In this document: positions 19,623 through 29,119 of the stretch, in pieces
How the letters are laid out: each line of letters opens with the position of its first letter
Numbering within the stretch: the first letter of the stretch is position 1
Source: Candidatus Chisholmbacteria bacterium RIFCSPHIGHO2_01_FULL_52_32
GTDB lineage: Bacteria; Patescibacteriota; Microgenomatia; UBA1400; Chisholmbacteraceae
Reading direction: 5' to 3'
DNA length: 64,000 nt
Assembly: GCA_001816585.1 (NCBI GenBank)
Contig: MHCJ01000003.1
Span: 220,228 to 284,227 of the forward strand
Program-made: the position numbers and the translations under genes
Notes under the pieces: generated by a model
What the model was told of the DNA's origin: nothing
What the model saw: only the letters and a program-made list of their open reading frames with translations
The model's database searches: none

Positions 19623-21668
19623 CTAGTTGGGTTCGATGTCTTTTTCAAGGGTAGAAAGCTTCGTTCTCACCGATTGCAGTTTCAGAAGCTTGGAGTTCTC
19701 CTCAAGGATTTCTCGAGCGAGCCTTTGAGTGGTTGCGATAAGCCGTGTATCTGAAAGTTCGGCGTACTTTAGGTTTACATACCCATGTTGTTTTGTCCCG
19801 TAGATTTCCCCTGGTCCACGCAGTTTAAGATCGAACTCCGCGAGCTGCCCTCCGGATTTTGCCGTTCCCAAGATCCGCAGCCGGGAGAGGCCCTGTGTCT
19901 TGGGATTTGAAGGAAAGAGGAGGCAGTAGCTTTCCTTGATCCCCCTGCCTACTCTGCCCCGGAGTTGGTGGAGCTGTGCAAGGCCAAAACGCTCCGCTCC
20001 CTCGATCATCATGACTGTCGCATTCGTGATGTCGATTCCCACTTCAACGACTGGTGTGGTGACGAGGATATTGGTTTTGCCTTTCCGAAACTTCTGGATT
20101 TCTTCCTCTTTTTTCCGTGACGAGAGGCGTCCGTGAAGCAGTGAAAGCGCAAGATCCGGGAAGACCTTGTCTTTCAGCCTGTCGAATTCCTCTGTTGCGG
20201 CACGGACTTGGAGCATCGTTTCGTTGGTACTCTCTTCGATCAGCGGACAAACGATGAAGGCTTGTTCCCCGAGCTTTATCCGCTCTCTCATCCATCTGTA
20301 GGCAGACTCCCGCTTGTGGGGAGGAATCACCCATGTCTTTATCCTGACCCGCCCCGGAGGCATTTCATCAAGGATGGAGAGGTCGAGGTCTCCATAGAGG
20401 GTGAGGGCAACCGTGCGAGGGATTGGGGTTGCCGTCATGGTAAGGATATGCGGAGTGCGGCTCTTTTTGATAAGCAAAGCCCGTTGTTCTACACCGAACC
20501 GATGTTGCTCATCGATGACCACGAGGGCATGGGAGCCGGTTTCTACCGTCTTATAGAGGAGGGCGTGTGTGCCGATCGCGACGTCGTATTTGGTGAGGTT
20601 TTCTTTCATTGATGAAGTTACCATCGCGATTCTCATCCCGAACGGAGCCAGAAGCTTCTTTATGGTCTCAAGGTGTTGCATGGCGAGGATCTCTGTCGGT
20701 GCCATCAGGGCTGACTTTTCCCCACTGATGAAGGCCGCATAGATCGCGATTGCCGCAATGACGGTTTTACCCGAGCCTACATCTCCCTGAAGGAGCCGGT
20801 TCATCGGTTTGTCCTGCCCTAAATCTCCCAATACTTCTTGGGTTACCCTCCTTTGTGCTTGCGTCAGCCTGAAAGGCAGACTGGAAAGGAAGACGTTCAG
20901 CTTGCTGTCCTCGATGACAAGTTTCTTTCCGAGCTTTCTCCTATCCCAACTTTTCCGTCTATTCTGAACTGCCAGCTGGATGTTTACCATCTCTTCGAAC
21001 GCAAGTCTGCCCCAAGCCTTTTTGGCTTCGGAGAGCGCACTTGGGAAATGGAGGGAAACAATCGCTTTGGGCAAAGGGACGAGGCTCTCTTGCTTTAGAA
21101 TAGATTCGGGAAGCCACTCCTCAAGTTCTGAGGCAAGGAGAGGAAGGAGCGGAGCGATCCGGGAACGGATCCACTTCGAGCTTACGCCTTTTGTTTCCGG
21201 GTAGACCGGGACGAGTCGGCCGGTGTGGATTGTGGTACCTTTTTCACGCATGTCGGTACTGGAGAGCTTCTCGTATTCCGGTGAGGTAAACTGGACCCCT
21301 TTTCCAAATTGTTGCGCTGTCCCTGCCAGGCTTACCCAGGACCCTGGTTTGAGCGTATTGGGGATATAGGGTTGATTAAACCAGGTTGCCTTAAGAGTTC
21401 CGGTTTGATCCGTGATGACGATTTTTTGGATGGTTTTGTGACTCCTGGTGAAAACGTTTCGGCTGGTTTTAACTTGTCCCCGGATCGTGACGACTTCCCC
21501 ATTTTGAACTGATCCGATCGGGGAAACCCGCGAATAATCCTCATACCGACGCGGGGGATGCATAAGGAGGTCTCCGACAGAATCAATGTCCAGTTTATTG
21601 AGGCGCCCGGCGTAGGTTGGGCCAACCATGTGCAGGGCTCGCACGGGGGTTTTTAAGGTGAGCTTCAT
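19623..21668 (-). CDS. recG: ATP-dependent DNA helicase RecG
   Basis: Wedge domain, helicase motif I GDVGSGKT, DEQHRFG, C-terminal helicase domain. Preferred start MKLTLKTPV at 21668; the track ORF extends to 21794. Confidence 0.85.
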   Translation of the reverse strand: MKLTLKTPVRALHMVGPTYAGRLNKLDIDSVGDLLMHPPRRYEDYSRVSPIGSVQNGEVVTIRGQVKTSRNVFTRSHKTIQKIVITDQTGTLKATWFNQPYIPNTLKPGSWVSLAGTAQQFGKGVQFTSPEYEKLSSTDMREKGTTIHTGRLVPVYPETKGVSSKWIRSRIAPLLPLLASELEEWLPESILKQESLVPLPKAIVSLHFPSALSEAKKAWGRLAFEEMVNIQLAVQNRRKSWDRRKLGKKLVIEDSKLNVFLSSLPFRLTQAQRRVTQEVLGDLGQDKPMNRLLQGDVGSGKTVIAAIAIYAAFISGEKSALMAPTEILAMQHLETIKKLLAPFGMRIAMVTSSMKENLTKYDVAIGTHALLYKTVETGSHALVVIDEQHRFGVEQRALLIKKSRTPHILTMTATPIPRTVALTLYGDLDLSILDEMPPGRVRIKTWVIPPHKRESAYRWMRERIKLGEQAFIVCPLIEESTNETMLQVRAATEEFDRLKDKVFPDLALSLLHGRLSSRKKEEEIQKFRKGKTNILVTTPVVEVGIDITNATVMMIEGAERFGLAQLHQLRGRVGRGIKESYCLLFPSNPKTQGLSRLRILGTAKSGGQLAEFDLKLRGPGEIYGTKQHGYVNLKYAELSDTRLIATTQRLAREILEENSKLLKLQSVRTKLSTLEKDIEPN

Positions 21669-22144
21669 GAGGAGATTATAACTGACTCTTTCTTTACTTG
21701 TCCAAACGCGGTGCAACTTTCTTTGCGTGCCCAAAGAAAGTGGCGAAAGAAAGGGCACCCCATGAGCGGTCTTTCGGGAACAGGTTTCGCTCATGCTGTG
21801 CGATCAAACTCCTATCCGCCAACTGGCGGATCGTTACACAGTGATCGCTTCTTTACAGTAATCGCTCAACCTGCTCTCGATACGCTTCGCTCAAAGGGGA
21901 ATTTGTTTCGGTTGAATTCGCTCACTTCGTTCTCGACCAAGTCTGACTTGGTTCTCGAATGGCTGCGTTCAAAGGGGGAAGGGATGGATTGGTCTTGTAT
22001 TTGCTCAATAGTAATAGAAAAGCGGTAGGAGTGCAGTGGTGGTAAGGACTTTTCCTGGCCGTGAGTTCCGTCTCTCGGTGCTCCCCCGCCGACGAGGCGG
22101 GGTTGCGCTTCATAGTCCATCTTGGTGTCAGTCGAAGGAAAGGA

Positions 22145-22600
22145 TTACTGTCGGATTAGCCGGTACGGGCCGAAGAATTCCGTTCTCTCGCCACATTCCT
22201 CTACTTGGATCCAGAAGACGGACCAGAGTCCGTCAATTCTCAGAGAGCGCCTCTGCCCGGACACGAGCTCGGTCTTGCCCGCACTATGTTGGTAGTTACA
22301 CGCTCCCTCGCCAACCACAGGAATTCTCTTTAATCCTACATAAGGGAAGAACGTCGATGCCAAATACTCCCGGTCTCCCTTGCAGACTAAGGATAGAAAC
22401 TTACATCGATACCCAAGGTCCGCGGGTTCCCGACCCTCCGTGACAAAGCCCTCGGCGAAACCCCCAGGATCATGGACGGCTTGTAGCCTTACAATCCGAA
22501 GGAAAGTGAGGAGCATGAAGGTGGCAAAACCAATAGCTGCGGTGAATATCAGAGCAAGCACCCACTGGTAGATTGGTCTCTTTCCCCATCTGTTCCCCAT
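22145..22600 (-). CDS. hypothetical membrane-anchored protein
   Basis: 151-aa ORF with one N-terminal TM (WVLALIFTAAIGFATFMLLTF). No recognisable family; it lies in a region otherwise free of long ORFs. Confidence 0.3.
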   Translation of the reverse strand: MGNRWGKRPIYQWVLALIFTAAIGFATFMLLTFLRIVRLQAVHDPGGFAEGFVTEGREPADLGYRCKFLSLVCKGDREYLASTFFPYVGLKRIPVVGEGACNYQHSAGKTELVSGQRRSLRIDGLWSVFWIQVEECGERTEFFGPYRLIRQ

Positions 22601-23310
22601 ACGGATAGCTGAAGTGTAGCAAACCTACTTGGTGAAAAAAAGGGGAAGCAGATACCGAGGAGACCACCAGATCAACTCTTCTACAACCGAGCTCGCTACC
22701 GATCCAATTCGACCGCAGCTAGATTGACGAAATCTGAGATTGTTGCGGCACCGACCTCATTCGGGTGGAAACAGTCACCTGGACCTTCCTCCTTCCTTCG
22801 TATTGGGAGAGGCAGGGGGGAGTTTGACTCTGGATCACCTGGGTACTGAATCCAGGTATTGGAGATTTCAGGCGGGTCATCACCACAAACCACCTTAGGC
22901 GATTCATGGCCATGAAAAGCCAGATGCAGTACTGCCGTCACGGACATTTGTTCCGGCTCTCCCAATGGAATCCAAACATCCGATTCGAAAGATCCGTTCA
23001 GGAGGTGGCGGATGAGAGACCCGCGGGCAAGGACGCTAGAGGCCTACATGCGCGTTGTGGCGGAATCCCTCCCGCAGGTTTTCCTTCTGGAGCATGTTCA
23101 CGGAATTGCGTACACTGGAAAAAAGGAGGGCTTCACTTATCTATTGACGCTTACTGACCAGATCAACAGGTAAAGAGGTGTTTCCTATCAGCTGTCTCGG
23201 GCCGACCTGATCCACTCGGGGCGCTCTCTCAGTGCTCCCCCCACCGAATAGGCGTGGTTGTGCTTTGTGATGGACCGTAGATCACCCACATGCTATGCTG
23301 AAGCTACACG

Positions 23311-23832
23311 ATGAGAATTCGCCAGCCGATGGTCTTCATCACCCTTGCGGTTGTCCTTGTTACACTACTCATTGTCGCAAGAGGCCGCTACCCCGCTTCT
23401 CCACCGGAACGGTCATCGCCTCGCGATACCTCCTCGCTTCTCCCTCCGAGAACTGGCGAGTCGCCAACACCCCTCCAGTCCTACACATCTTCAATTCCTC
23501 CAGGGGAACTCCCCAACCTTTACCCTGGAACTCAGTGGACAACTCCAAAGAGTGCCGAGTATCCATTTGTGACACTGACCGGTGAGGGCAAGTTCCTTGA
23601 TGGATTTGGGCTTGAATCGACCGCACTCGTGGACTCTCCAAACGATTTCCTCGAGCACTACCAGAGGGAACTAGCTCGAGGAGGTTGGACTTTCCTCGAA
23701 GTGGCAGGAGACGAAGTGTACAGTTACGCGAAGGGAGAATCGCTATTCATGTATCGTTACGATGAGATTACCGAAGGCGAGGGACTATCTCGCCACGTTG
23801 TCGGATATAAGCTGTTCGTACAATACAACTAA
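23311..23832 (+). CDS. hypothetical secreted/anchored protein
   Basis: 173 aa. N-terminal TM/signal (MVFITLAVVLVTLLIVA), Pro/Ser-rich linker, ~110-aa C-terminal globular part. Higher local GC than the flanks. Confidence 0.4.
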   Translation: MRIRQPMVFITLAVVLVTLLIVARGRYPASPPERSSPRDTSSLLPPRTGESPTPLQSYTSSIPPGELPNLYPGTQWTTPKSAEYPFVTLTGEGKFLDGFGLESTALVDSPNDFLEHYQRELARGGWTFLEVAGDEVYSYAKGESLFMYRYDEITEGEGLSRHVVGYKLFVQYN

Positions 23833-24112
23833 AGCATTCCCCCGGAAAGAGGGTCCGCGTGATGCGGCTGCATTCGTCCAGGTTTCCGGTGCTAATGTAC
23901 CCAAGTGTGCTGCATTGAAGCTCCGGCGCCTCCTACTGCCCACCCTTTAGCGACAACCATCCGTACAGGGGGACGCGCAGGAGATGTTCCGCCGCCTCAG
24001 CAAGACAGGTCTTCGAGAATTCTATGAGCCGTAGAAGACCCTTCTAGCGAGATACATTAATGCGTAGAGCCCAAGACTGTATCCCCTCTAGAGTGGAAGT
24101 TTCACTGCTCGT

Positions 24113-24328
24113 TTATCGAGTTCGGCTTGACCTATACCTTAGGTATTCGACAACGAAGGCAATAAGAGTGGTTATTAGTATGATTTGTGCGAGAAATGGA
24201 GGCAATACTCCTACCATAATAATCACTACCACTAACACAAACGTCCAGATCTTCCAGTTTGGCTGATTCAGGAATGGCGTGTCAAGCCTACGTTTCTCCC
24301 GCAGATAGTCAATTACTGAATAGCCCAC
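24113..24328 (-). CDS. small two-TM hypothetical protein
   Basis: 71 aa, two hydrophobic helices. First gene of an AT-rich block. Confidence 0.25.
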   Translation of the reverse strand: MGYSVIDYLREKRRLDTPFLNQPNWKIWTFVLVVVIIMVGVLPPFLAQIILITTLIAFVVEYLRYRSSRTR

Positions 24329-24347
24329 GAGGTCCTAGAGATTCAAT

Positions 24348-24605
24348 TTAACCGTAAAGATTGCTGTGCGAATCGATTACAACAAAAATTGCTTCTCCTG
24401 CTTCTCTTTTAAAAATTGCTCTTATATCGCCAGTAACATTTATGCTTCTGTAGCCGGAGTACTTCCCTTTGAGTGCGTGGTTGTTCAAAATTGGATGAAA
24501 CTCGTCTTTACTAAAAAGTCTTAATCTGTCTTCTAGTTTTTCTTTTACTTGGGGGAGCAATTTCTTATAACTCTTTTTGAAGTTAGCATGATAGACTATG
24601 ATCAT
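24348..24605 (-). CDS. relE: type II toxin, RelE/ParE superfamily
   Basis: 85 aa. LKGKYSGYRSINVTGDIRAIFKREAGEAIFVVIDSHSNLY matches the RelE/YafQ fold signature. Its start overlaps the stop of the upstream antitoxin gene (ATGA). Confidence 0.7.
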   Translation of the reverse strand: MIIVYHANFKKSYKKLLPQVKEKLEDRLRLFSKDEFHPILNNHALKGKYSGYRSINVTGDIRAIFKREAGEAIFVVIDSHSNLYG

Positions 24606-24877
24606 CGAGATTTCAGCCAGTCAATAGACTCTTTCACCGACTTAAATCTAGGGGATAGATTTAGACCCCTTTTTATGTCTTCATCTACTCTATCAAGAAG
24701 CTTCTCGAGCTCGCGACTCATATGAGGCGTATCGGAAAAAACTATTTTCCTTGTTCTAATAAAATTTCTTAGAGACGCATTAATGACATCACTCAGGTTT
24801 AACCCCAATTTTCGTGCAAGCGCCGCTGCATTTTCTTTCACCTCTTTATCAGCTTTGATGTGGATTACTGTTTGCAT
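24602..24877 (-). CDS. relB: RelB/DinJ-family antitoxin
   Basis: 91 aa. IKADKEVKENAAALARKLGLNLSDVINASLRNFI resembles the DinJ/RelB ribbon-helix-helix. 4-nt overlap with relE. Confidence 0.65.
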   Translation of the reverse strand: MQTVIHIKADKEVKENAAALARKLGLNLSDVINASLRNFIRTRKIVFSDTPHMSRELEKLLDRVDEDIKRGLNLSPRFKSVKESIDWLKSR

Positions 24878-25196
24878 AATAACTGAAGTATATACAATAG
24901 TTACTGATGTGTCAATAGTCCATTTTCGCCACCTATGATATCGGCACGGGACTAGAGGGAGTAGAACAGGGGTAGGAGGGAGGTTGCAACCAGGGCCAAG
25001 CTTGCGATGGCAACCAGGATAGTCCAGATTCGTTTATGGCGTTTGGAGAGGAGCACAGGAATAAATGTAAAATTTAAAATTCAAAGTTAAAAGTTACCGT
25101 GTAAGGTTAAAAGCTTGCGGAGTAACTTTCAATTTTGAACTGCATTTTTTCATTATTACCTTTTCATTTTGAACTTTTTATCCTATCCCCTACTGC

Positions 25197-26399
25197 CTAT
25201 TTCGTGAGGCGGATGAATTTCCGCTTGCCGGCCCTGATTACCGAGCCAGGTTGTAATTGAGGTTTCTCAAGCGGAGTATTGATACGCTTTCCGTTTATTG
25301 CTACGCCACCTTGACTGATGAGCCTTTTGGCTTCGGATCTGGTTTCAGCAAGCTTGGCTTTTGTCAGGATATCCGTGATGGTATCGTTTTCGGATATATT
25401 TTCCATTGAGAAATCCTTTAGTTCTTCAGGAGGTAGGCCACGTTGAACCACCCGCTCGAAGGCTTCTTTTATTTGTGATGCCTTGGATTGGCCATGGAAT
25501 GTCCGGGTGACCTCGAAAGCCAGGCGTTTCTTGTTTGCGAGAGGATCGTTGGGAAGGGACCTTATCTCCACAAGAGGAATATCAGTCACAAGCTCGAGGT
25601 AAGGGAGGATTTGGCTATCCGGGAGACTCATGATCTTTCCGTACATGTCTTCCGCCGAATCGGACAGCCAGATGCAGTTTTTAGAGGTTTTGCTCATCAT
25701 CTTTCCGTCAGTCCCCATGATCATGGGGACGGTGAGGATATATTTTTCCCTGTGATTGATTTTCGCTTGGAGTTCCCTTCCGATCAGCATGTTGAACTCC
25801 TGATCCGTTCCCCCGATCTCGAGGTCAACATCCATGACGACGGAATCATATCCCTGAAGGAGCGGGTACATGGTTTCGTGGTACCAGACCGTATCTCCTT
25901 GATCGAGGCGACGCTTAAACATGTCTCTCTTAAACAGCTGAATTGCCGAGATGTGCGAGGCGACAGTGATGATTTCCTTTAAGCTTAAGTTTGTGAGCCA
26001 GTCGGCATTCTTTCTGATCGTCACTTTCGTAAAGTCAACAATCGGTTCCACCTGTTTCTTCCAGGTTCTGATGTTTGACTCAATCTCTTCTCCTTTAAGG
26101 ACCTTCCTTCCGCTTTCCCGCTGTGACGGGTCTCCGACGAGGACGGTTCCCGTTCCGAACAGAAAGATAACCTCGTGTCCGAGACTGGCGAATTCCATGA
26201 GTTTCCGAAGCCCGATTGTGTGTCCCAGATGAAGCTTTGCACCGGTTGGATCAAACCCTTGGTACAGGCGAATTTTCCGGGTTGTGATAAGTTGTTTTAA
26301 GCCCTCTTTGGAGGGGAGAATTTTGTCTACCCGTCGGGAGAGCAACGAATCGATCGCATCTTTTGTGTTTCCGATAGTCATTTCGTTAAAATTATACAT
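25197..26399 (-). CDS. tyrS: tyrosine--tRNA ligase
   Basis: HIGH motif (KLHLGHTIG), KMSKS (KMMSKTS), C-terminal S4 domain. Start MYNFNEM (26399) or MTIGN (26381). The track ORF to 26525 would overlap the divergent PBP gene. Confidence 0.85.
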   Translation of the reverse strand: MYNFNEMTIGNTKDAIDSLLSRRVDKILPSKEGLKQLITTRKIRLYQGFDPTGAKLHLGHTIGLRKLMEFASLGHEVIFLFGTGTVLVGDPSQRESGRKVLKGEEIESNIRTWKKQVEPIVDFTKVTIRKNADWLTNLSLKEIITVASHISAIQLFKRDMFKRRLDQGDTVWYHETMYPLLQGYDSVVMDVDLEIGGTDQEFNMLIGRELQAKINHREKYILTVPMIMGTDGKMMSKTSKNCIWLSDSAEDMYGKIMSLPDSQILPYLELVTDIPLVEIRSLPNDPLANKKRLAFEVTRTFHGQSKASQIKEAFERVVQRGLPPEELKDFSMENISENDTITDILTKAKLAETRSEAKRLISQGGVAINGKRINTPLEKPQLQPGSVIRAGKRKFIRLTK

Positions 26400-26441
26400 C
26401 TTTTGAGTAAAGAGGAGGTTCGGGATGGACCCCTTGCTTGA

Positions 26442-29096
26442 TTGATCCATCGGACGAAGCGCGATACAATAAACCTTATGTTCCATCATCTTCCCTGGCG
26501 AAGAGCTTGGAGGAAGAGACTTCAAAAGATCGGGTTTCGTAAGGTGGGCAATTCTTCCTCCGTTCGAGCAAAGATCCTGCGCGGTGTCGCATTGTTGGCA
26601 TTTTTCTCCGTTCTTTTTCTGGCACTTGTCTCTTCTGTTCTGTTTGCTTGGTATGCAAAGGATCTCCCCAGGCCGGATAGGGTTGTGCGGCGGGAGGGGT
26701 TTGCTACCCAGATTCTTGATAGGGAGGGAAAGCTACTCTGGGATGTTTACAGTGAGCAGCGCCGGATTCCGGTTGCTTTGGACCAGGTTCCTGTTTATCT
26801 TCGGCAAGCCGTGATTGCCGTTGAGGATAAGGATTTCTATACCCACGAGGGATTTGATCCGCGGGGGATTCTCCGGGCTGTGAAAAATATTATTTTATAC
26901 CGCCGGCTGCAGGGAGGTTCTACGCTGACCCAGCAGCTTGTGAAAAACGTGCTTTTGACTTCTGAACGAACGCTTCCGCGAAAGATTAAGGAGTTTCTCC
27001 TGTCTGTCCAGATAGAACGCCGTTTCTCAAAGGATGAAATTCTGACGATGTACTTGAACGAAGCCCCTTTCGGAGGAACAGCCTGGGGCGTTGAGGCTGC
27101 GTCTGAGGTCTATTTCGGCAAGAAAGTGTCTGAGTTATCGCTTATCGAATCCGCCATTTTGGCGGGATTCCCCCAGCGTCCGACCGCGTATTCCCCGTTC
27201 GGACCCAACCCAAAGGCGTACTTGGGTCGAACCCGTGAGGTTTTGCGACGGATGCGCGAAGACGGTTACATCAATAAGGACCAGGAACAAGAGGCCGAGA
27301 CAGCCCTTTCGCAGATCACCTTTGCTCCCACCGACACAAGTATCTTGGCACCCCACTTTGTGATGTACGTGCGGGAAAAGCTGGCGGAGCTCTATGGGGA
27401 CCAGGTGGTTGAGCAGGGTGGGTTACGGGTAACCACGAGTTTGGATCTCACGCTGCAGGAAAAGGCCCAGCAGTTTGTTTCGGAGGAGATTTCGAAAGTG
27501 ACCGGAGTTCACATCACCAATGGTGCGGCAGTCGTCATGGATCCCCGGAGTGGTGAGATTCTGGCGATGGTGGGGAGTAAGGATTTCTGGGCTTCGGATT
27601 ACGACGGCCAAGTGAATGTTTCCCTCGCCTTGCGTCAGCCCGGCAGCGCGATCAAGCCGGTGACGTATGCGACTGCGTTTGGCAGGGGCTATACCCCCGC
27701 GACACCGATTATGGATGTTCAAACGGAGTTTCCCGGAAGGGTTCCGGAGGAGCCATACATTCCGGTTAACTACGATGGGAACTATCATGGGCCGCTTTCC
27801 CTCCGGTTTGCCCTCGGAAGCTCCATTAACGTACCGGCGGTGAAGATTTTGCAGCTTATAGGTTTGCGCGATATGTTAACGACGGCACATGAGATGGGCT
27901 TCACCACACTTTCCCCGAGCCAGGAGAACATGCAGCGGTTTGGGCTTTCCGTGACTCTGGGTGGAGGGGAGGTTAAGCTTATCGACATGGTTTCCGCATA
28001 CAGCTCTCTAGCAAACGGCGGTCTTCGAGTCGAACCGGTTTCCCTGCTTCGGGTTGAGGATCGTTCGGGTAAGGTGTTGCTCGAGCAAAAACCATTGGAA
28101 GGCCGGAGGGTGCTCACAGGTGAGGTCGCTTTCCTTATTAACAACGTGCTTTCTGATAATTCCGCCCGGCTCATCACCTTTGGACCCAATAGTCTTATTA
28201 ACATCAGCGGCAGTAATATTGCCGTAAAGACCGGGACCACCAACGATCGACGTGACAACTGGACAGTCGGTTGGACCAATGGAACGGCAGTGGTCGGCGT
28301 CTGGGTGGGTAATAATGACAACACTCCCATGCGTGAGGTTGCCTCGGGGGTAACCGGGGCGGCTCCGATCTGGCGGCGGATCTTTTTAGAAGTGCTTCGG
28401 ACGCGTGATGATCCGCCTTTTTCTGCCCCTTCCGGGATTGAGACGCACAAAGTGGATGCAGTCTCCGGTTACCCTGAACATGACGGTTACCCTTCCCGAG
28501 ATGAGTCGTTTATCCCAGGCACCCTTCCGAGCGGTGAAGACCCTATCCATGTGAAGCTCAAGGTTTGCCGTTCCTCCGGAAAACTGGCTACGTCGGCACA
28601 GATTGCAAACGGCGACTATGAGGAAAAGGAATTCTTCGTTTTTCAACCTCCGGTTGTATTGTCATCGGAAGTGCAGGCTCGTTGGAAAAAAGGGATCGAC
28701 GAATGGGCAACTTCTCAATCGGACGGGCGGTACCATCCTCCGACCGAACTGTGCGAAGGCCAGGGAGAGATCGTTGTTCGCGTTAAGAGTCCGGTTGACA
28801 AGACCCAACTTTCGTCAAACGATGTCGCCATGGATGTTGAGGTATTTTCCGATTCGTCGGTGGAGTGGGTACAGATCATGGTTGATGGTGTTGTCCGCGA
28901 TACCCTTGCGAACCGGCCATTTCGCACGACCATGTTTCTTTCCGACGGAAGGTACACCCTGAAGTTTCGGGCCCGAAGCGGCGGGAAGGAAGCGGAAAGC
29001 GGAGAGCTCGCAATCGGAGTGAATGTGCCTTGGGAGGTTCCTCCTACTCCTACGCCCTCCCCAACCCTTACCCCACCCCCAACCCCTACCCCCTGA
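26442..29096 (+). CDS. mrcA: class A penicillin-binding protein (bifunctional transglycosylase/transpeptidase)
   Basis: 884 aa. N-terminal TM, GT51 motifs (AVIAVEDKDFYTHEGFD, RRLQGGSTLTQQ), transpeptidase SxxK (GSAIKP). C-terminal extension ends in PTPTPSPTLTPPPTPTP. Confidence 0.9.
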   Translation: MIHRTKRDTINLMFHHLPWRRAWRKRLQKIGFRKVGNSSSVRAKILRGVALLAFFSVLFLALVSSVLFAWYAKDLPRPDRVVRREGFATQILDREGKLLWDVYSEQRRIPVALDQVPVYLRQAVIAVEDKDFYTHEGFDPRGILRAVKNIILYRRLQGGSTLTQQLVKNVLLTSERTLPRKIKEFLLSVQIERRFSKDEILTMYLNEAPFGGTAWGVEAASEVYFGKKVSELSLIESAILAGFPQRPTAYSPFGPNPKAYLGRTREVLRRMREDGYINKDQEQEAETALSQITFAPTDTSILAPHFVMYVREKLAELYGDQVVEQGGLRVTTSLDLTLQEKAQQFVSEEISKVTGVHITNGAAVVMDPRSGEILAMVGSKDFWASDYDGQVNVSLALRQPGSAIKPVTYATAFGRGYTPATPIMDVQTEFPGRVPEEPYIPVNYDGNYHGPLSLRFALGSSINVPAVKILQLIGLRDMLTTAHEMGFTTLSPSQENMQRFGLSVTLGGGEVKLIDMVSAYSSLANGGLRVEPVSLLRVEDRSGKVLLEQKPLEGRRVLTGEVAFLINNVLSDNSARLITFGPNSLINISGSNIAVKTGTTNDRRDNWTVGWTNGTAVVGVWVGNNDNTPMREVASGVTGAAPIWRRIFLEVLRTRDDPPFSAPSGIETHKVDAVSGYPEHDGYPSRDESFIPGTLPSGEDPIHVKLKVCRSSGKLATSAQIANGDYEEKEFFVFQPPVVLSSEVQARWKKGIDEWATSQSDGRYHPPTELCEGQGEIVVRVKSPVDKTQLSSNDVAMDVEVFSDSSVEWVQIMVDGVVRDTLANRPFRTTMFLSDGRYTLKFRARSGGKEAESGELAIGVNVPWEVPPTPTPSPTLTPPPTPTP

Positions 29097-29119
29097 GGCA
29101 TGGATAAGCGGAATGTTCC

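Noticed and set aside
21669-21794. N-terminal extension of recG (track start 21794)
   Set aside because: The RecG N-terminal domain begins at MKLTLKTPV (21668). The extension has no homology and runs into the ORF-poor island.
21700-22700. Possible rRNA fragment, RNase P RNA, tmRNA or SRP RNA in the ORF-free GC-rich stretch
   Set aside because: I could not find any diagnostic conserved motifs (16S 530 loop, 23S, P4 helix, tmRNA ends, SRP domain IV) on either strand. Left as unexplained in a finding instead.
24900-25010. 33-codon hydrophobic minus-strand ORF (LLSKRHKRIWTILVAIASLALVATSLLPLFYSL) after the RelBE module
   Set aside because: No ATG and no RBS; only a GTG candidate. Could be a relic.
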